From NCBI RefSeq assembly GCF_964355755.1, contig NC_092679.1:6912201-6976200 (forward strand): DNA of 64,000 nt, given 5' to 3'. Positions 52,240 through 64,000 of the stretch are shown in pieces. The DNA is from Antedon mediterranea. Its lineage: Eukaryota > Animalia > Echinodermata. Position 1 is the first letter of the stretch, and each line of letters begins with the position of its first letter. Both the position numbers and the translations under genes were made by a program. The notes under the pieces were generated by a model, which was given only the letters and a program-made list of their open reading frames with translations, was not told the DNA's origin and searched no databases.

Positions 52240-55200
52240 TTACTCGTTTTCCACTTCTTTAATTTCGATGGACGTGGAACGTGTGTTAATAGTATTAGAA
52301 CTGGTGTTATCAAAGACAGGTCCTATTCTGTTTCTCAATGTCTTCTTCACTGCACGTCTTACCTGTAATATAATTATTATTATAATGATAAACTTCCAAC
52401 ACATACAAAAGTGTTTTCTTTATTAATTTAGAAGTACAGTACACCATTAATATTTAGGTCTGTCAATATTATCCCTGCATAGGTGTGCTTACGAAAAAAT
52501 GTGTGCGCGTCATTATCAATATATTTACGCGCACGTTTTCGTAACGGTTTAAAGTTAATTACCTCCTTGCTAAAGAAACACTGCGTCAACCAAATGAAGA
52601 ATCCCTGCGTGCTATTCAAAATAACGAATATGTATCGCATTGTCTCAGAATCATCAAAAATGATAATTATACCAAACATCCACGGAATTCCAACGACTGG
52701 AGTAAGAATCAGCAAACCTCCTACCATGGTTCTGTTCATTAAAATAGGTGTACGTTAAGAAAATGTCGGCAACTAGTTTTCATGATCTGTCGTGTCTTTT
52801 GGAAGAGAAGGGTCCCTGTTTGAAGGTTTTACTAGTTTATTTTATTATTGCTTTAGAATTTACCTCAGCCGTTTAAGAGTGTCAATGTCATCTCTACCCT
52901 GATTTGGCAGTTTAGCCTTCTTGTAAATTAAAACCCCAACAACAGTCATCTGAACAAAAACGATCTATGAAATAAAATGCACTACGTTAGTCGTCATCTG
53001 TATGAAGAATGTCATGGCGCACGTAATTTGTTTCCACACACAAATGATATCAACATGACACAGGGTGTTATACTATTGAATATACATGTTACTTTACCAT
53101 GATAGTAATACAGACACAAGAAATAAAAGTCCATATTGCACCCGAGTCAGTGTCCAACCAACACCTGTAATTTATATTTTAAAAAAATACTGAAAGTTTA
53201 TTTGTAAATTACTACGGTACATTGAATTAAAAAAAGTCAAAGCCAATACACAATTTTTTCCACTAGGCGAATTTGTTCGCGCGATTGAAAGCGTGAGCTT
53301 ATACGCACATGTCGAGATTGATTTGGAAGATGGAGACATGAATACGCATGCGTTTAAAGCCAATTTTCCACTAGGCGAATTTGTTCGCGCGAATCGAAGG
53401 CGTTAGCTAATACGCATGCGTAGAGTAGGATTTGGAAGATGTAAACATGAATACACATGCGTACAAGCTGGCGCTTTCGATTCGCGCGAACAAATTCGCC
53501 TAGTGGAAAATCAGCGTTAGTCAACTCCGTAATATTTATGTCAAGCATTCTACCAACTGAACATAATGTAGGCATCAAGTATACAGTAGTTTTCCCTTTA
53601 TATTCTCCTAAAAAAAATGGTAACACCAGGGAGTTTGAACTCCCTGGTAACACTACAAATTGAACGCGCGCGTGAAAACGCTGATACGGCACGCGCACGT
53701 TCACTAGCTGATAACGAGTGTATAAAATAAAAGTATTGCTTTACCTGTCGGATGCGTAGTTTTCTCTTGTTGCGCACGCAGTTATGAGAACAACAATACC
53801 GGGTGCAATCCAACCAATGTAACGACAGTACACAAATCGTTTTTCATGATCCATAAATGAGTGTTTAATCTTTATGTATATATCTGTTGACATAATTAAC
53901 ATCCAAAAGAACGCTACCATCAAGCTGTAGTGAAGACATCCAGCAAGGAAAGTACACGCAACTTGATTACGAATCTATTAGAAAAAAAAGTTGTTTGTTG
54001 AGTTAAGCTTGGTTCCCACTAGAGACTCAACGCAAGGACGTTGACCAATGACAAGCGACAGTTTGAATAATCTATCACTTGTGATTGGTCGAATCACTTA
54101 CATTACGCGTACGTTTTTGCGTTGCGTCTCCGTGAGAACCACGCATTATGTATAGGCCATCTATAGGAATGATAAAGTGAATGATTATTGAATATCCTCC
54201 CTACCTCACAAATATTGTGATTAATCTTAGCATATTATAGTTTACTATAATATCTCTATAGTTTCAACAAGAACCATGTATTCTTCCCGGCTTTCATGTA
54301 TTTAGCCTACACTGATTACAGTCATTGGATGGCCTATTGTATATGATAATTAGTGTTGTGTGGGTTGCGTTTGCAAACCATTAGTACATGATTAATCAGC
54401 TAATTGGATACAAATGATGAAAGATGAAGAAAGTGGTAACATTTTCCACGACTGGAGAGTTTCTATAAACTTTTAAAACGACTTAAACACCAAAAAAAAG
54501 TGAACTTACATTTAGATTTAAAAAAGAAAAGAAGAAATGCACCAAAAGTAAAGCGATTACCAGATGACGTAACAATCTATACCTATCAGAATGCCTTAGT
54601 TCTCTAATAGAAAAATAATGTTTATCATTTAACAAAATAATACTAAAAATAACTAATTTAAAATAAAAAATAATCCCATTAACCGCATATCAATTGATCT
54701 GCTAATTGTTTGTTCGACAAAACAGAGGAATTGCAAAAATGAATGGAAACAAAATCGTTTACACTCAGAATTAAGATTCCATCAAAACAAAAGAATATCA
54801 TTTAAAAAAAAGCAATAATAAAAATGATCATCACTGCAATGAGTTTTTCTTAAAGAAGTTGATTTATGAGGATTGAAGTAGTGAATTCAGAATTAATATT
54901 GACACGATAAACAGGCACGGAATTCGAACTAATTTTATTTGAAAATCGACCAGTATAGTAGTGGACATATTCCAACGTGTGATGCTTACGCCCATAACGT
55001 AGACTTGCCACAAGTCTCTGTAATTATTGTCTTTTTTTATGTTACAGTAGTCCACCAGTTTCGCTTTTTGTCTGAATTTTTATGTTTTCAAACTCAAGTA
55101 TAAAACGCCATATGTGCCAAAATAATATTTAAAAAAAAATGTATTAAGTCAGATCCTAGACTAACGAAGCACGGCGCCAATAAACTTACCTTATGCTGAT

Positions 55201-58200
55201 TATCGTGATTAGCGTTATGATGAGAAAAGCAAAAGAAATTCCAATTGTAGTGTTTGTCAGCATAGACATTACATTCTCTCCATTCTGTAAATTGTTCTAA
55301 ATAATAAATAAAATGTTTATATACCAACAATTTAATAAGGCGCTAGTGTTTTTTAGTATTCTAACCTTGCAATAAAGGCGTAGGAAAATGTAAGTTAATT
55401 AGGTGGAAATAAGGAATAAATATGGCTTATATCGTCTAAAAATAATACATAATCTACAAAATTCATCGCAGTAACAATTTTAATTAGTTTTGAAAAGACA
55501 TCGAATTTATCATTAACGAAAAATAATTAATATTTTTATTTTTTATTTTTGAATGGTTATATTGGCGTAGCAAACTAAACAAATGCAGTTCCGCAAAGCT
55601 AGCTCACATAGTTCGGTTTCATGAGAACCACAAATGACGTCAGGTGACTGCATTTACACGTCACGCCACTGGTGACGTAATCGTACTGGTACAACGTTAT
55701 ACATCCCTCAGTTGACCATGTCCTAAAATGAATAATAGTGCTGTACTATAACAAGAAATATGTCAACAAATAGTCGTACAATTCGATATTTTGTAATGTT
55801 CAGTAATATTTCACCTTTAAATTTGAACATGGGAAATGTAGGCCTACTAACAATTACCAAAATGTCATCACGCGAGTAAAATTTCGCTTTCTCGTTTTTC
55901 TTTTTGTGGGTAAATTGCCAACATTTAGATCTCGTTTTCAGTAATGATCTTTTGCATAAATGTTTAAGATGTAAGGGAAAATTTAATATTTATAAATGAA
56001 AATATATATTAAAAAAAAGATAATATACACAAACATAATAAAATTGTTTATTTATAAAAATGATTATGTTTTGAAATTAAATAAAGGTGATTGAACTTCA
56101 CAAAAAAGAGAGAAAAAACCATTTAGATCTCGTTATTATTTACACATATTATATTCATATGATATTTTGACATTCTTGATACAGTATTTTGTAGGCTGTA
56201 ATACGCTCCAATGCACCCAGAAAATTCCATTTTTATTTGGCTAATTCTTCATTTACATAACTGGTATTTATTTTCTCTCAATCTAGTAATTTCTAAACAA
56301 AGAAAAAACTAATATTTTCCTGCAGGAAAAACTAAGACATAACAAAGTTATGTAACAAAGAAAATCTGACTTACGAATTTGGTCCATGTTCATGTGTAAA
56401 ATGACAAACTGGTAAATGTAGCAAACTCGGTTCGCTTTCTGAAGCTGAATTCTTCAACAATAATAATAACAACAATAATAATTATTTTTAAAAAAATATT
56501 TCGTACCGAGACTCAAACCTTTTTATTTTAACGATTGATTTTGATAAAAAATATTTGAAATCTGGAAGGAATAATAATAATTTGACACGGAAATAAAATA
56601 ACCCAATAATTTCGATGATAATAACAATAATTCAATGACATATTTTATTATCATATTTTAAAATTTAGTTGGCATCCGGTCAGCGTAAGATTAAATGAAT
56701 TCGATCCAACTCGGTCCTAAACCGTCTCAGCCAAAGTCAAGTCGGCCCCTAGTCAAGTCGGCCCCAAGTCAAGTCGGCCCCAAGTCAAGTCGCCCCGACT
56801 TCAACTCGGCCCATCATGGATAAATAAGTTATCAATTATTTAAGGGTCTTGCACACCTGAATAGCCTATTCACTACAAGCTATGCTTTCATTTAGGCTCC
56901 TCAACTTTATTTAAGTTATAAAGTGAAAGAAGGTGTGAAAGACCTCCAAAACTCTGCTTCGATTGATTTAATAATTCTTAACATTTTAAATAATACTTTG
57001 AAAGTATACTTTACTTAAATGTTTAAGTAAATGTTGGGTGTTGTTGTATAAAACAATTTATTACCGTAATATTATTGAACACAATCTCGCATTCACTGCT
57101 AATCGACTTGTTATTTTTGTCGTATACGGTAACTTCAATAATGTCAGACGCACCTGACAGAAATTCTCCTTCTCTGAAAATAGAATTCGTTAGGAATTTT
57201 GAGGATGTAGTAGTATAAAAGAGAAAAATTACAGTATATTGTAATTGAATTATTTGTAATTATCGACGGAGCGAGTGAGTGGCCGAGCGGTCAAGACAGT
57301 AGAACCGTAATACCATCAGGAACTCTGGGAGAACAGTCTGAAGAGGCTACCCAGTATAGGCCTAAAGAATAAATATATAAAAATAAGTAATTTAACTTAC
57401 ACGGTTTTATGTTCAGTTATATGTTCTACTTTTCCTATCAATCTTGCAACAAGTCTGTATGGTCCGTCTGGAAAATTAACCATATTGTGGTAACTATAGG
57501 CACTCCCCAACATATTGAATTGGATCAGTCTGGCGGTAGTAATAATGGTGTTTTGATGAACACCATATTATTTTTAATTTACGTATATACGTACTCATTT
57601 TGTACTTGTCTTTTTTAAAACTGACCTTTAGTATTGTCTTCAGTCGTAGTAGAAACTGTGATGATTTTTGTTTCAGACACAACAATAATAGAAGACAAAT
57701 TCGGTGATTGAGCTTCAAAATGTGTTGAAATATAATCTGTAAAATTATACAGTACAAACAAATTTAATCAATTAACGTTTATTTCATTTCATTTCATTTC
57801 ATTGTAACATTTATTTCCTTCATAATAATAATATACAAAATATAAATAATACAGTACAACAATTCATAGTTTAACCTATAATAATAACAACTTTATTTAA
57901 AAACGGATGCAACACTTGGATCACCAGATGGGTGTTTTTCACAAGGCCGTTACTTACTACAAAACTATTTACACAAGTTATCATTTACAGTACATAATGA
58001 TTAAAAAAAACTATAAAAAAAAAATAAAATAAAAAGGATTTCATGAAAAACATAGAGTTTCAAGTATATCTTATCTTTGGTCATTTATTATTTTTTTAAA
58101 TATATGTATATTAGGAGCTGTAATTGCATTTGAGTTTATAGCATTTAAACTATTCCATAGCTTTACGCCAGAATACGAGAAACTTTTCTTTTTGTACTCA

Positions 58201-61200
58201 GTGTTTGCCTTATGTAAACTTAGAATATCTTTTGATCTAGTAATATATGTTTGTTTGCGTTCATAGAATCTGTTTCTTAAGTAGGATGGTGTTAAGTTAT
58301 TCATTATTTTATACATTGTGACTTCTTCGTTGTAATATTGTTTTTCTTCTAAATTAGGCCAATTTAAATCTTTGAGCGCCTGTGAGCTAGCTAGAGTCAT
58401 ACCTAGATGTATGTGTAATTATTTTAGCCGCTCTATTTTGGAGTACTTGGAGTTTATGTTTGAGGGTTTGGTTACAACGACCCCTTACAACATTGCAGTA
58501 GTCAAAATGGTGAGCTATGATATAGTTGTACATTAATGATTGAATATTTTGAGGGAAACTATTGCTGCATTTTTTTAGATAGTACAGACCGGATATTACT
58601 TTATTTTTCACCTGATCTATTTGTTTATGCCATTTTAAATTTTCATCGATAATGACACCTAAATGTTTACAGTTACTTACTTTTTCAAGTTTTGTACCGT
58701 CTATATTAATATTAATATCCATGTTAATCAATTTATTTAATTTTTGATGTGTTCCTAAAATCATATATTCAGTCTTTTTAGTCGCGTGGACGCGACTCTA
58801 TAGTTCACTATGTCGGTCGGTCGGTCTGTCTGTCGGTCCGGTATCACTATGCGTTTTATCGCTTTTCTGTACTTTTTGAACTGTTTTGATGTACAGACAA
58901 TTAGTCGCGTGGGTGGACGCGACTCTATACTTCACTATGTCGGTCGGTCTGTCGGTCCAGTGTCACTATGCGTTTCATCACCTTTCTGTACTTTTTGAAC
59001 TGTTTTGATGTACAGACAATTAGTCGCGTGGGTGGACGCGACTCTATAGTTCACTATGTCGGTCGGTCTGTCGGTCCGGTATCACTCTGCGTTTTATCGC
59101 TTTTCTGTACTTTTTGAACTATTTTGATGTACAGACAATTAGTCGCGTGGGTGGACGCGACTCTATAGTTCACTATGTCGGTCGGTCTGTCGGTCTGTCT
59201 GTCGGTCCCGTATCACTATGCGTTTTATCGCTTTTCTGTACTTTTTGAACTGTTTTGACGTACAGACAATTAGTCGCGTGGGTGGACGCGACTCTATAGT
59301 TCACTATGTCGGTCGGTCTGTCGGTCTGTCTGTCGGTCCGGTATCACTATGCGTTTTATCGCTTTTCTGTACTTTTTGAACTGTTTTGATGTACAGAAAA
59401 GTTTTAAAGTACATTACTTTTTGAAAGTTCATTTTTTTCTGAGAGCACGCGACTTATGGCTGTTGGTCTTGTTAACATTTAGATTTAATTTGTTACTTGC
59501 TAACCATAGTTGTACATGTTTTAGATCAGTATTTACTTTGCTTATTATCGTGTATGTCTTTGGATGCATAATAATAACCTATGAACTAATGAATTGATAT
59601 GTTTAGGCTTTGTATATAGCCTGCCTATTGGATTCAACCAAGTATGATATCTTTGTTATGGAGGTTGCCTGCAGTGTCTTCGAGGTTGGTGTCAGAGTAG
59701 CTATATGGTTAACTTGCAGTTAATGTAGTTAGTACTTATATTATGCTCGAAATATCAATTAAAAAAAACCTTGATTCATTTCTTGCTTTACTTACTGTCA
59801 GTTGAGGGAATAGTCTGTAGTAGTGATGATGTTGGTAAATCATCAAAGTAGCCTGTATGGTCACGTGAAGTCGGATCTTCTGAGCCCGTGAGAAGGTTGT
59901 CAGTGTCTGTAATAGTTGGTTCTTCCAAATTTGAGATGGAAGTTTTTTGTTGGAAAGAAATTAGGTCATTCCTGTCTTCTGTGCTTCTGATGTCAGTAAA
60001 ACGTGGTGATGCGGTGTTTTGATCTTCTGGCATATCTACAATAACGTATATTTAATTAATTATGAAAGCTAATGAGTTGTAGATATAGGTTTATGTTACG
60101 GTACTGTAGCATTAGTGCCCATCAGGTGTTATGACGTCATTATATGATCAAACTCATTTTGTAGATGTGAATTCATGTAAAGAAGCGTGATAAGTAGAAG
60201 CAGCCTGCCGAAAATATATATTGTTTTGAACCAATTACCAACTTACTGTTAGTTGAGACAAGAGTCTTTTGTGTGGTTGGAATATCATCAAAGTTATCGG
60301 TGGTAGAATCACTTGTCGTTACTGTTAAATTAATAACATTTTTTTTGTTTGGTGCTTTTTTTTCCATATATTTTTTTTTGAATATCAAGTCAAGAAATTG
60401 TAAAACGTTTGTTTTTTTTCAAAACATTTATGTCAGTTCAAGTAGTATTATATTCATATAGCCTAGTTTATTTTGATTATTAGGCTATGCCTATCAACTT
60501 ACAGCAATTCTCCTCATCTGAATGGTCATTACAGTTGATGACGTCATCACATTGATATGAATCAATAATACATTGTCCATTTAAACATCGAAATTCAGAT
60601 TCTTCGCATGTATGAATGTCTTTAAAGATAAGTTGTATAGATTCAGTGTTTGCCAGTGTTATGATTACTTAGTTGGTAATTATAATGGTTAACGAAAGTC
60701 TCATCAATCACATACTAGGCTACTTTATTGCATATGGACATTTTGTATCTTAATTTACACAATTCTGAGAGACAGGATGTCAGACCAAAGCAATGTTCCG
60801 ACAATGGCGCCAATAAGGAATATTTTATACAACATTATGCATTACGTCATTTTCGTGCACTCTATTTTTTTCGCGACGACCGTACACCCGAATGCCCATG
60901 TTTTTTTGATACAATATCCAAGGTCTGGGGACGAAAATGTCAAACCAAACCCCCAAACGCATGGGCGCAATAAATTGACGTCATAAGTAAATTAACTGAC
61001 GTCATAAGTATTTAACTGACATCATAAGTAAATTAACTGACATAAATAAATTTACTGATGTCGTAAGTAAATTCACTGACGTCATAAGTAAATTGACTGA
61101 CGTCATAAGTAAATTCACTGACGTCATAAGTAAATTAACTGTAGGTTGAGGACATAACACATCGAAGTCTTCCTCTATGTGGCGCAAACATAAACCATGA

Positions 61201-63456
61201 ACTTACAACAATGTTCCTCATCTGAAGAATCTGCACATTCAGGATAAGTATCACACACACTGTATTCATCAATACATATATCTTCATTTGGACATTGAAA
61301 TTGGAATGCGTTACACTTATCTACAACATCAAAGAATGTCAGAAACTGTTATTTTAAGTGTAAAACTTGTTTAAGGCTAGTGCGCATGCGTATTAATATT
61401 TTTGTTACATGACGTAACATTTCCTATTTTCTTCTTTTTCTACAATATTTAGGTATATTTATTCATAAAAAGACACAATGCACTCTATCTTGTTTTGAGT
61501 CGACACAATCAAATAATGTACATATTTGAACAATATTACAATATCGAACTATCTCAAATCTATATATAAATTTACGTTTAGTTTTCCGATCGTGGTATAC
61601 ACTGTTTAAGTTTAATGGATGTCCATCTTAAAAAATACCCGCACACAATAATACGAGGATGCTTCGCATTTACCTATCTCTTTCTACAATAATTGTAGGT
61701 TCTGTATCGTTACATGTAATTTACGTACGTCTATCTCAATCGACTATGACAGTGGCAGTTTTAACAATTAAGTATTAAATCGCAAATGTTTTACTGTATT
61801 TAGTGGTATATTATTTATAGGCCTATAAAACATGAACAAAATATGGAGTGGATAAAGAATACATTTAAAATTGTTCCTCTTTGTACCCATCCTCTTCCCC
61901 ATCTCTCAACCCTAATGTTTAAATGAGTCCATTTGGACTCATTTTGTGACAAGTTTTTCTTTCGGAAGCAATTTCCATTTTAGTTGACTAAACATGTCTA
62001 TTTTAATGTATTATAGTCCCGCGGTACGTACATTTGAAATCATCAGTTTTTTTGTGCTGAAATTTCTGTGTATTCAAGAACCATCTGTGGGCATGAGCTA
62101 GATGGTACGCGAGCGTACCATTTAGTAAGACATAATTTAACGTAACATGCAAACAAATCTCAATAAACCGGCAAAATTGAATAAAGTACTATTGTTACCG
62201 ATGCTGATAGCCTAACCACACTCCTCCTATGGCTCGATCAGAACAGACCAAATGTTTTAAAATACTACTACTGTATTTCCTAATTCATAATGAACTTACA
62301 ACAATTCTCCTCATCTGATGAATCCTTACAATGACTAACGCCATCGCAAACATAGAATTCTGAAATACATTGCGTTTCTATGTAACTTTCGCATCGGAAT
62401 TGATATGCATTACATTCCTGGTCATCTACAGAATCAAAAAAAGAACGTTGAGTTTGAAGCATAGAGATATTAATTAAACTTAAAACGTAAGTGAAATATT
62501 TTATATAAACATTAATTATTTTACTTATCCCAATAGATATGTAGGTATTTTCCTTAAATTGTATTTACTTAGATAGAGGATTTTTATCATTTTTATGGTA
62601 GGCCTAAATGTTTCAATTAGCCTAAAATGCGAATGGTGGCTATACGGCCACTGGGGGCGTACTGTATTTTAAATCAAGGCTATATAATTACCAAGTAAAT
62701 GAGACGTTTCTCTCTAAAAATTCTCAGTTAGGACTGTGAAGTTTGAACGATTGTCATTAAGTATTTAAAATCATAGAGATACAGTTAGGGCTATATTAAA
62801 GAAACAAGCCCATAACATGACACACCAATTGATTGATTCATTACTCATAATCTTGCATCACATCAGTGAATTTTGTATTAGCTCCCAAACTAAACAATAG
62901 GCCTATAATAATGCGTTTAAAGATAAAATTACTAAACCTACTGCACATGAGTTCATCCGATCCATCATCACAATCTTCATATCCATCGCATACGAAGGCC
63001 GTGGGCGAACATTCACCACTTAAACATTGGGTTTGTTGATCATTACATACATATTGCGCTGTAACAGCAAATTGTATACAATATTATAATTATTATTATT
63101 TTTGACCGTCTATAACCGAACGCGCCTGCGATATGTGATATATACAAAAGCGCATGATACATTGTATATAACTTCGTTATTCTTTCAAAACCTCGTAGGC
63201 CTATTTATACAGAACATGATAAAAAGTTATTTATCGTGCTTATAAACTCTCATTTGCGGCTTAGGGAGTGGAGTTGAAATGGTAGTGAGTTACAACTAAA
63301 CCCTGGCACTAGTTATATAATAATGTAACCGAGGATGCTTACAACAATTAATCTCGTCGCTGCCATCACCGCAATCCTCGACAATATCACATATATAACC
63401 TTTGGCTATGCAGTTTCCAAAACGACACTGAAATTGTCCGGGGTTACATTCGTTAC
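52240..63456 (-). CDS. Adhesion GPCR with at least 5 LDL-receptor class A repeats, Ser/Thr stalk, GPS and secretin-type 7TM; 5' end not found in window
   Basis: LDLa exons (all phase 1-1): 63456-63343, 63058-62942, 62425-62300, 61320-61207, 60619-60503 (e.g. [32 protein letters not shown]). Stalk: 60321-60247, 60035-59796, 57736-57626. GAIN/GPS: 57467-57401, 57173-57065, 56451-56375, 55722-55608 (WSTEGC...[13 protein letters not shown]). 7TM: 55296-55190, 54603-54510, 53974-53745, 53164-53098 (CWL), 52964-52864, 52731-52563 ([24 protein letters not shown]). Tail: 52362-52240. Confidence 0.88.
53256..53516. mobile_element. MITE family C, short copy plus a preceding duplicated left arm
   Basis: TTTTCCACTAGGCGAATTTGTTCGCGCGA twice in forward orientation and once inverted. 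Confidence 0.8.
54006..54143. mobile_element. MITE family B
   Basis: Matches 12898-13041. Confidence 0.75.
56701..56812. mobile_element. Solo arm of the CAAGTCGGCC foldback family
   Basis: TTCGATCCAACTCGGTCCTAAACCGTCTCAGCCAAAGTCAAGTCGGCCCC matches 41165 onward. Confidence 0.7.
57780..59580 (-). mobile_element. 5'-truncated CR1/L2-clade LINE in an adhesion-GPCR intron
   Basis: [66 protein letters not shown]; (ATGAA)n-like tail near 57780-57810; interrupted by the element at 58777-59472. Confidence 0.85.
58777..59472 (+). mobile_element. Helentron-associated-like element with ~5 internal tandem repeats of ~120-130 bp, inserted into a LINE
   Basis: 5' TTAGTCGCGTGGACGCGACT palindrome, (GTCG/GTCT)n microsatellite, 3' CACGCGACTT...CTTGTT end. 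It interrupts the LINE RT frame between LNV-K and TEYMILG. Confidence 0.7.
60970..61141. repeat. 21-bp minisatellite containing TGACGTCA
   Basis: TAAATTAACTGACGTCATAAG x~8. Confidence 0.9.
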
Positions 63457-64000
63457 CTAATTACACAAAAGCAATGTTAAAGATGTATGTTTTAAAATGC
63501 CATTTTAATGTCACATAATAGTTATTCATTTTGTTCAAAAAATTGGATCGCAAAACAAATTATTTGCCGGGAAAACTGTAATTTAAAGCGAGTCAATTGA
63601 ATGTAATCGTTTATTGTCTTTTTATCAGTAAAAAACACTTTTTTTTCGACGAAGGTGATTAACATTATTAAATCTGCAAAATTACCTATTCAAAATAACC
63701 TTCATTTCTCATGTTTTTGGGGAATATTTTGTGTTTATTACAACAGTAATACAAAATATAGAACAAATCGCAACATTTCAATCCAAAGTTATGACGTCAC
63801 AGTCCGACACAATAACTTTTTCAATCATCGACCTTTTTTTTCCATAATCAAATACATATACAAATACAATAGAAAGATTCAATTCAATTCTATTTATTTT
63901 CATAAGATACATAATTGTGAAATAATATTACAGTATGTTTTTTTTTTAGATTAGAATGCACTTTGCTGGAGAAACATAAATAAGCCCAGAGGGCTTTAGG

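Noticed and set aside
57494-57757. 87-aa ORF as an adhesion-GPCR exon
   Set aside because: Wrong frame. The phase-consistent exon is 57736-57626, reading [15 protein letters not shown].

Overview
AT-rich, intron-rich animal genomic DNA, probably a marine invertebrate deuterostome (inferred from DeuSINE-like repeats and gene content). It is not prokaryotic: there are no operons or CRISPR arrays. Genes were reconstructed by hand from splice signals: (1) a RING-less B-box/coiled-coil/filamin/NHL TRIM-like gene in one large exon; (2) a complete 16-coding-exon Sec23 gene (~768 aa); (3) a divergent rhodopsin-class GPCR nested antisense in Sec23 intron 9; (4) a UPF0696/C11orf68-like gene with one first exon, two duplicated terminal exons (one with an RGG tail) and an orphan first-exon copy; (5) a complete 20-exon CMTR1 cap 2'-O-methyltransferase gene (~874 aa), head-to-head with (4); (6) a 5'-incomplete adhesion GPCR with at least 5 LDLa repeats, a Ser/Thr stalk, a short GAIN/GPS region and 7TM. 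Introns and intergenic DNA are dense with MITEs, Helentron-like elements, SINEs, LINE fragments and minisatellites. The most notable signals are the C11orf68/CMTR1 divergent pair with duplicated terminal exons, two intact tRNA cloverleaves with an ATC anticodon in a CMTR1 intron, and a ~212-bp duplication flanking a MITE. All homology calls come from motif recognition, not database searches, and repeat boundaries are approximate unless a TSD is given.
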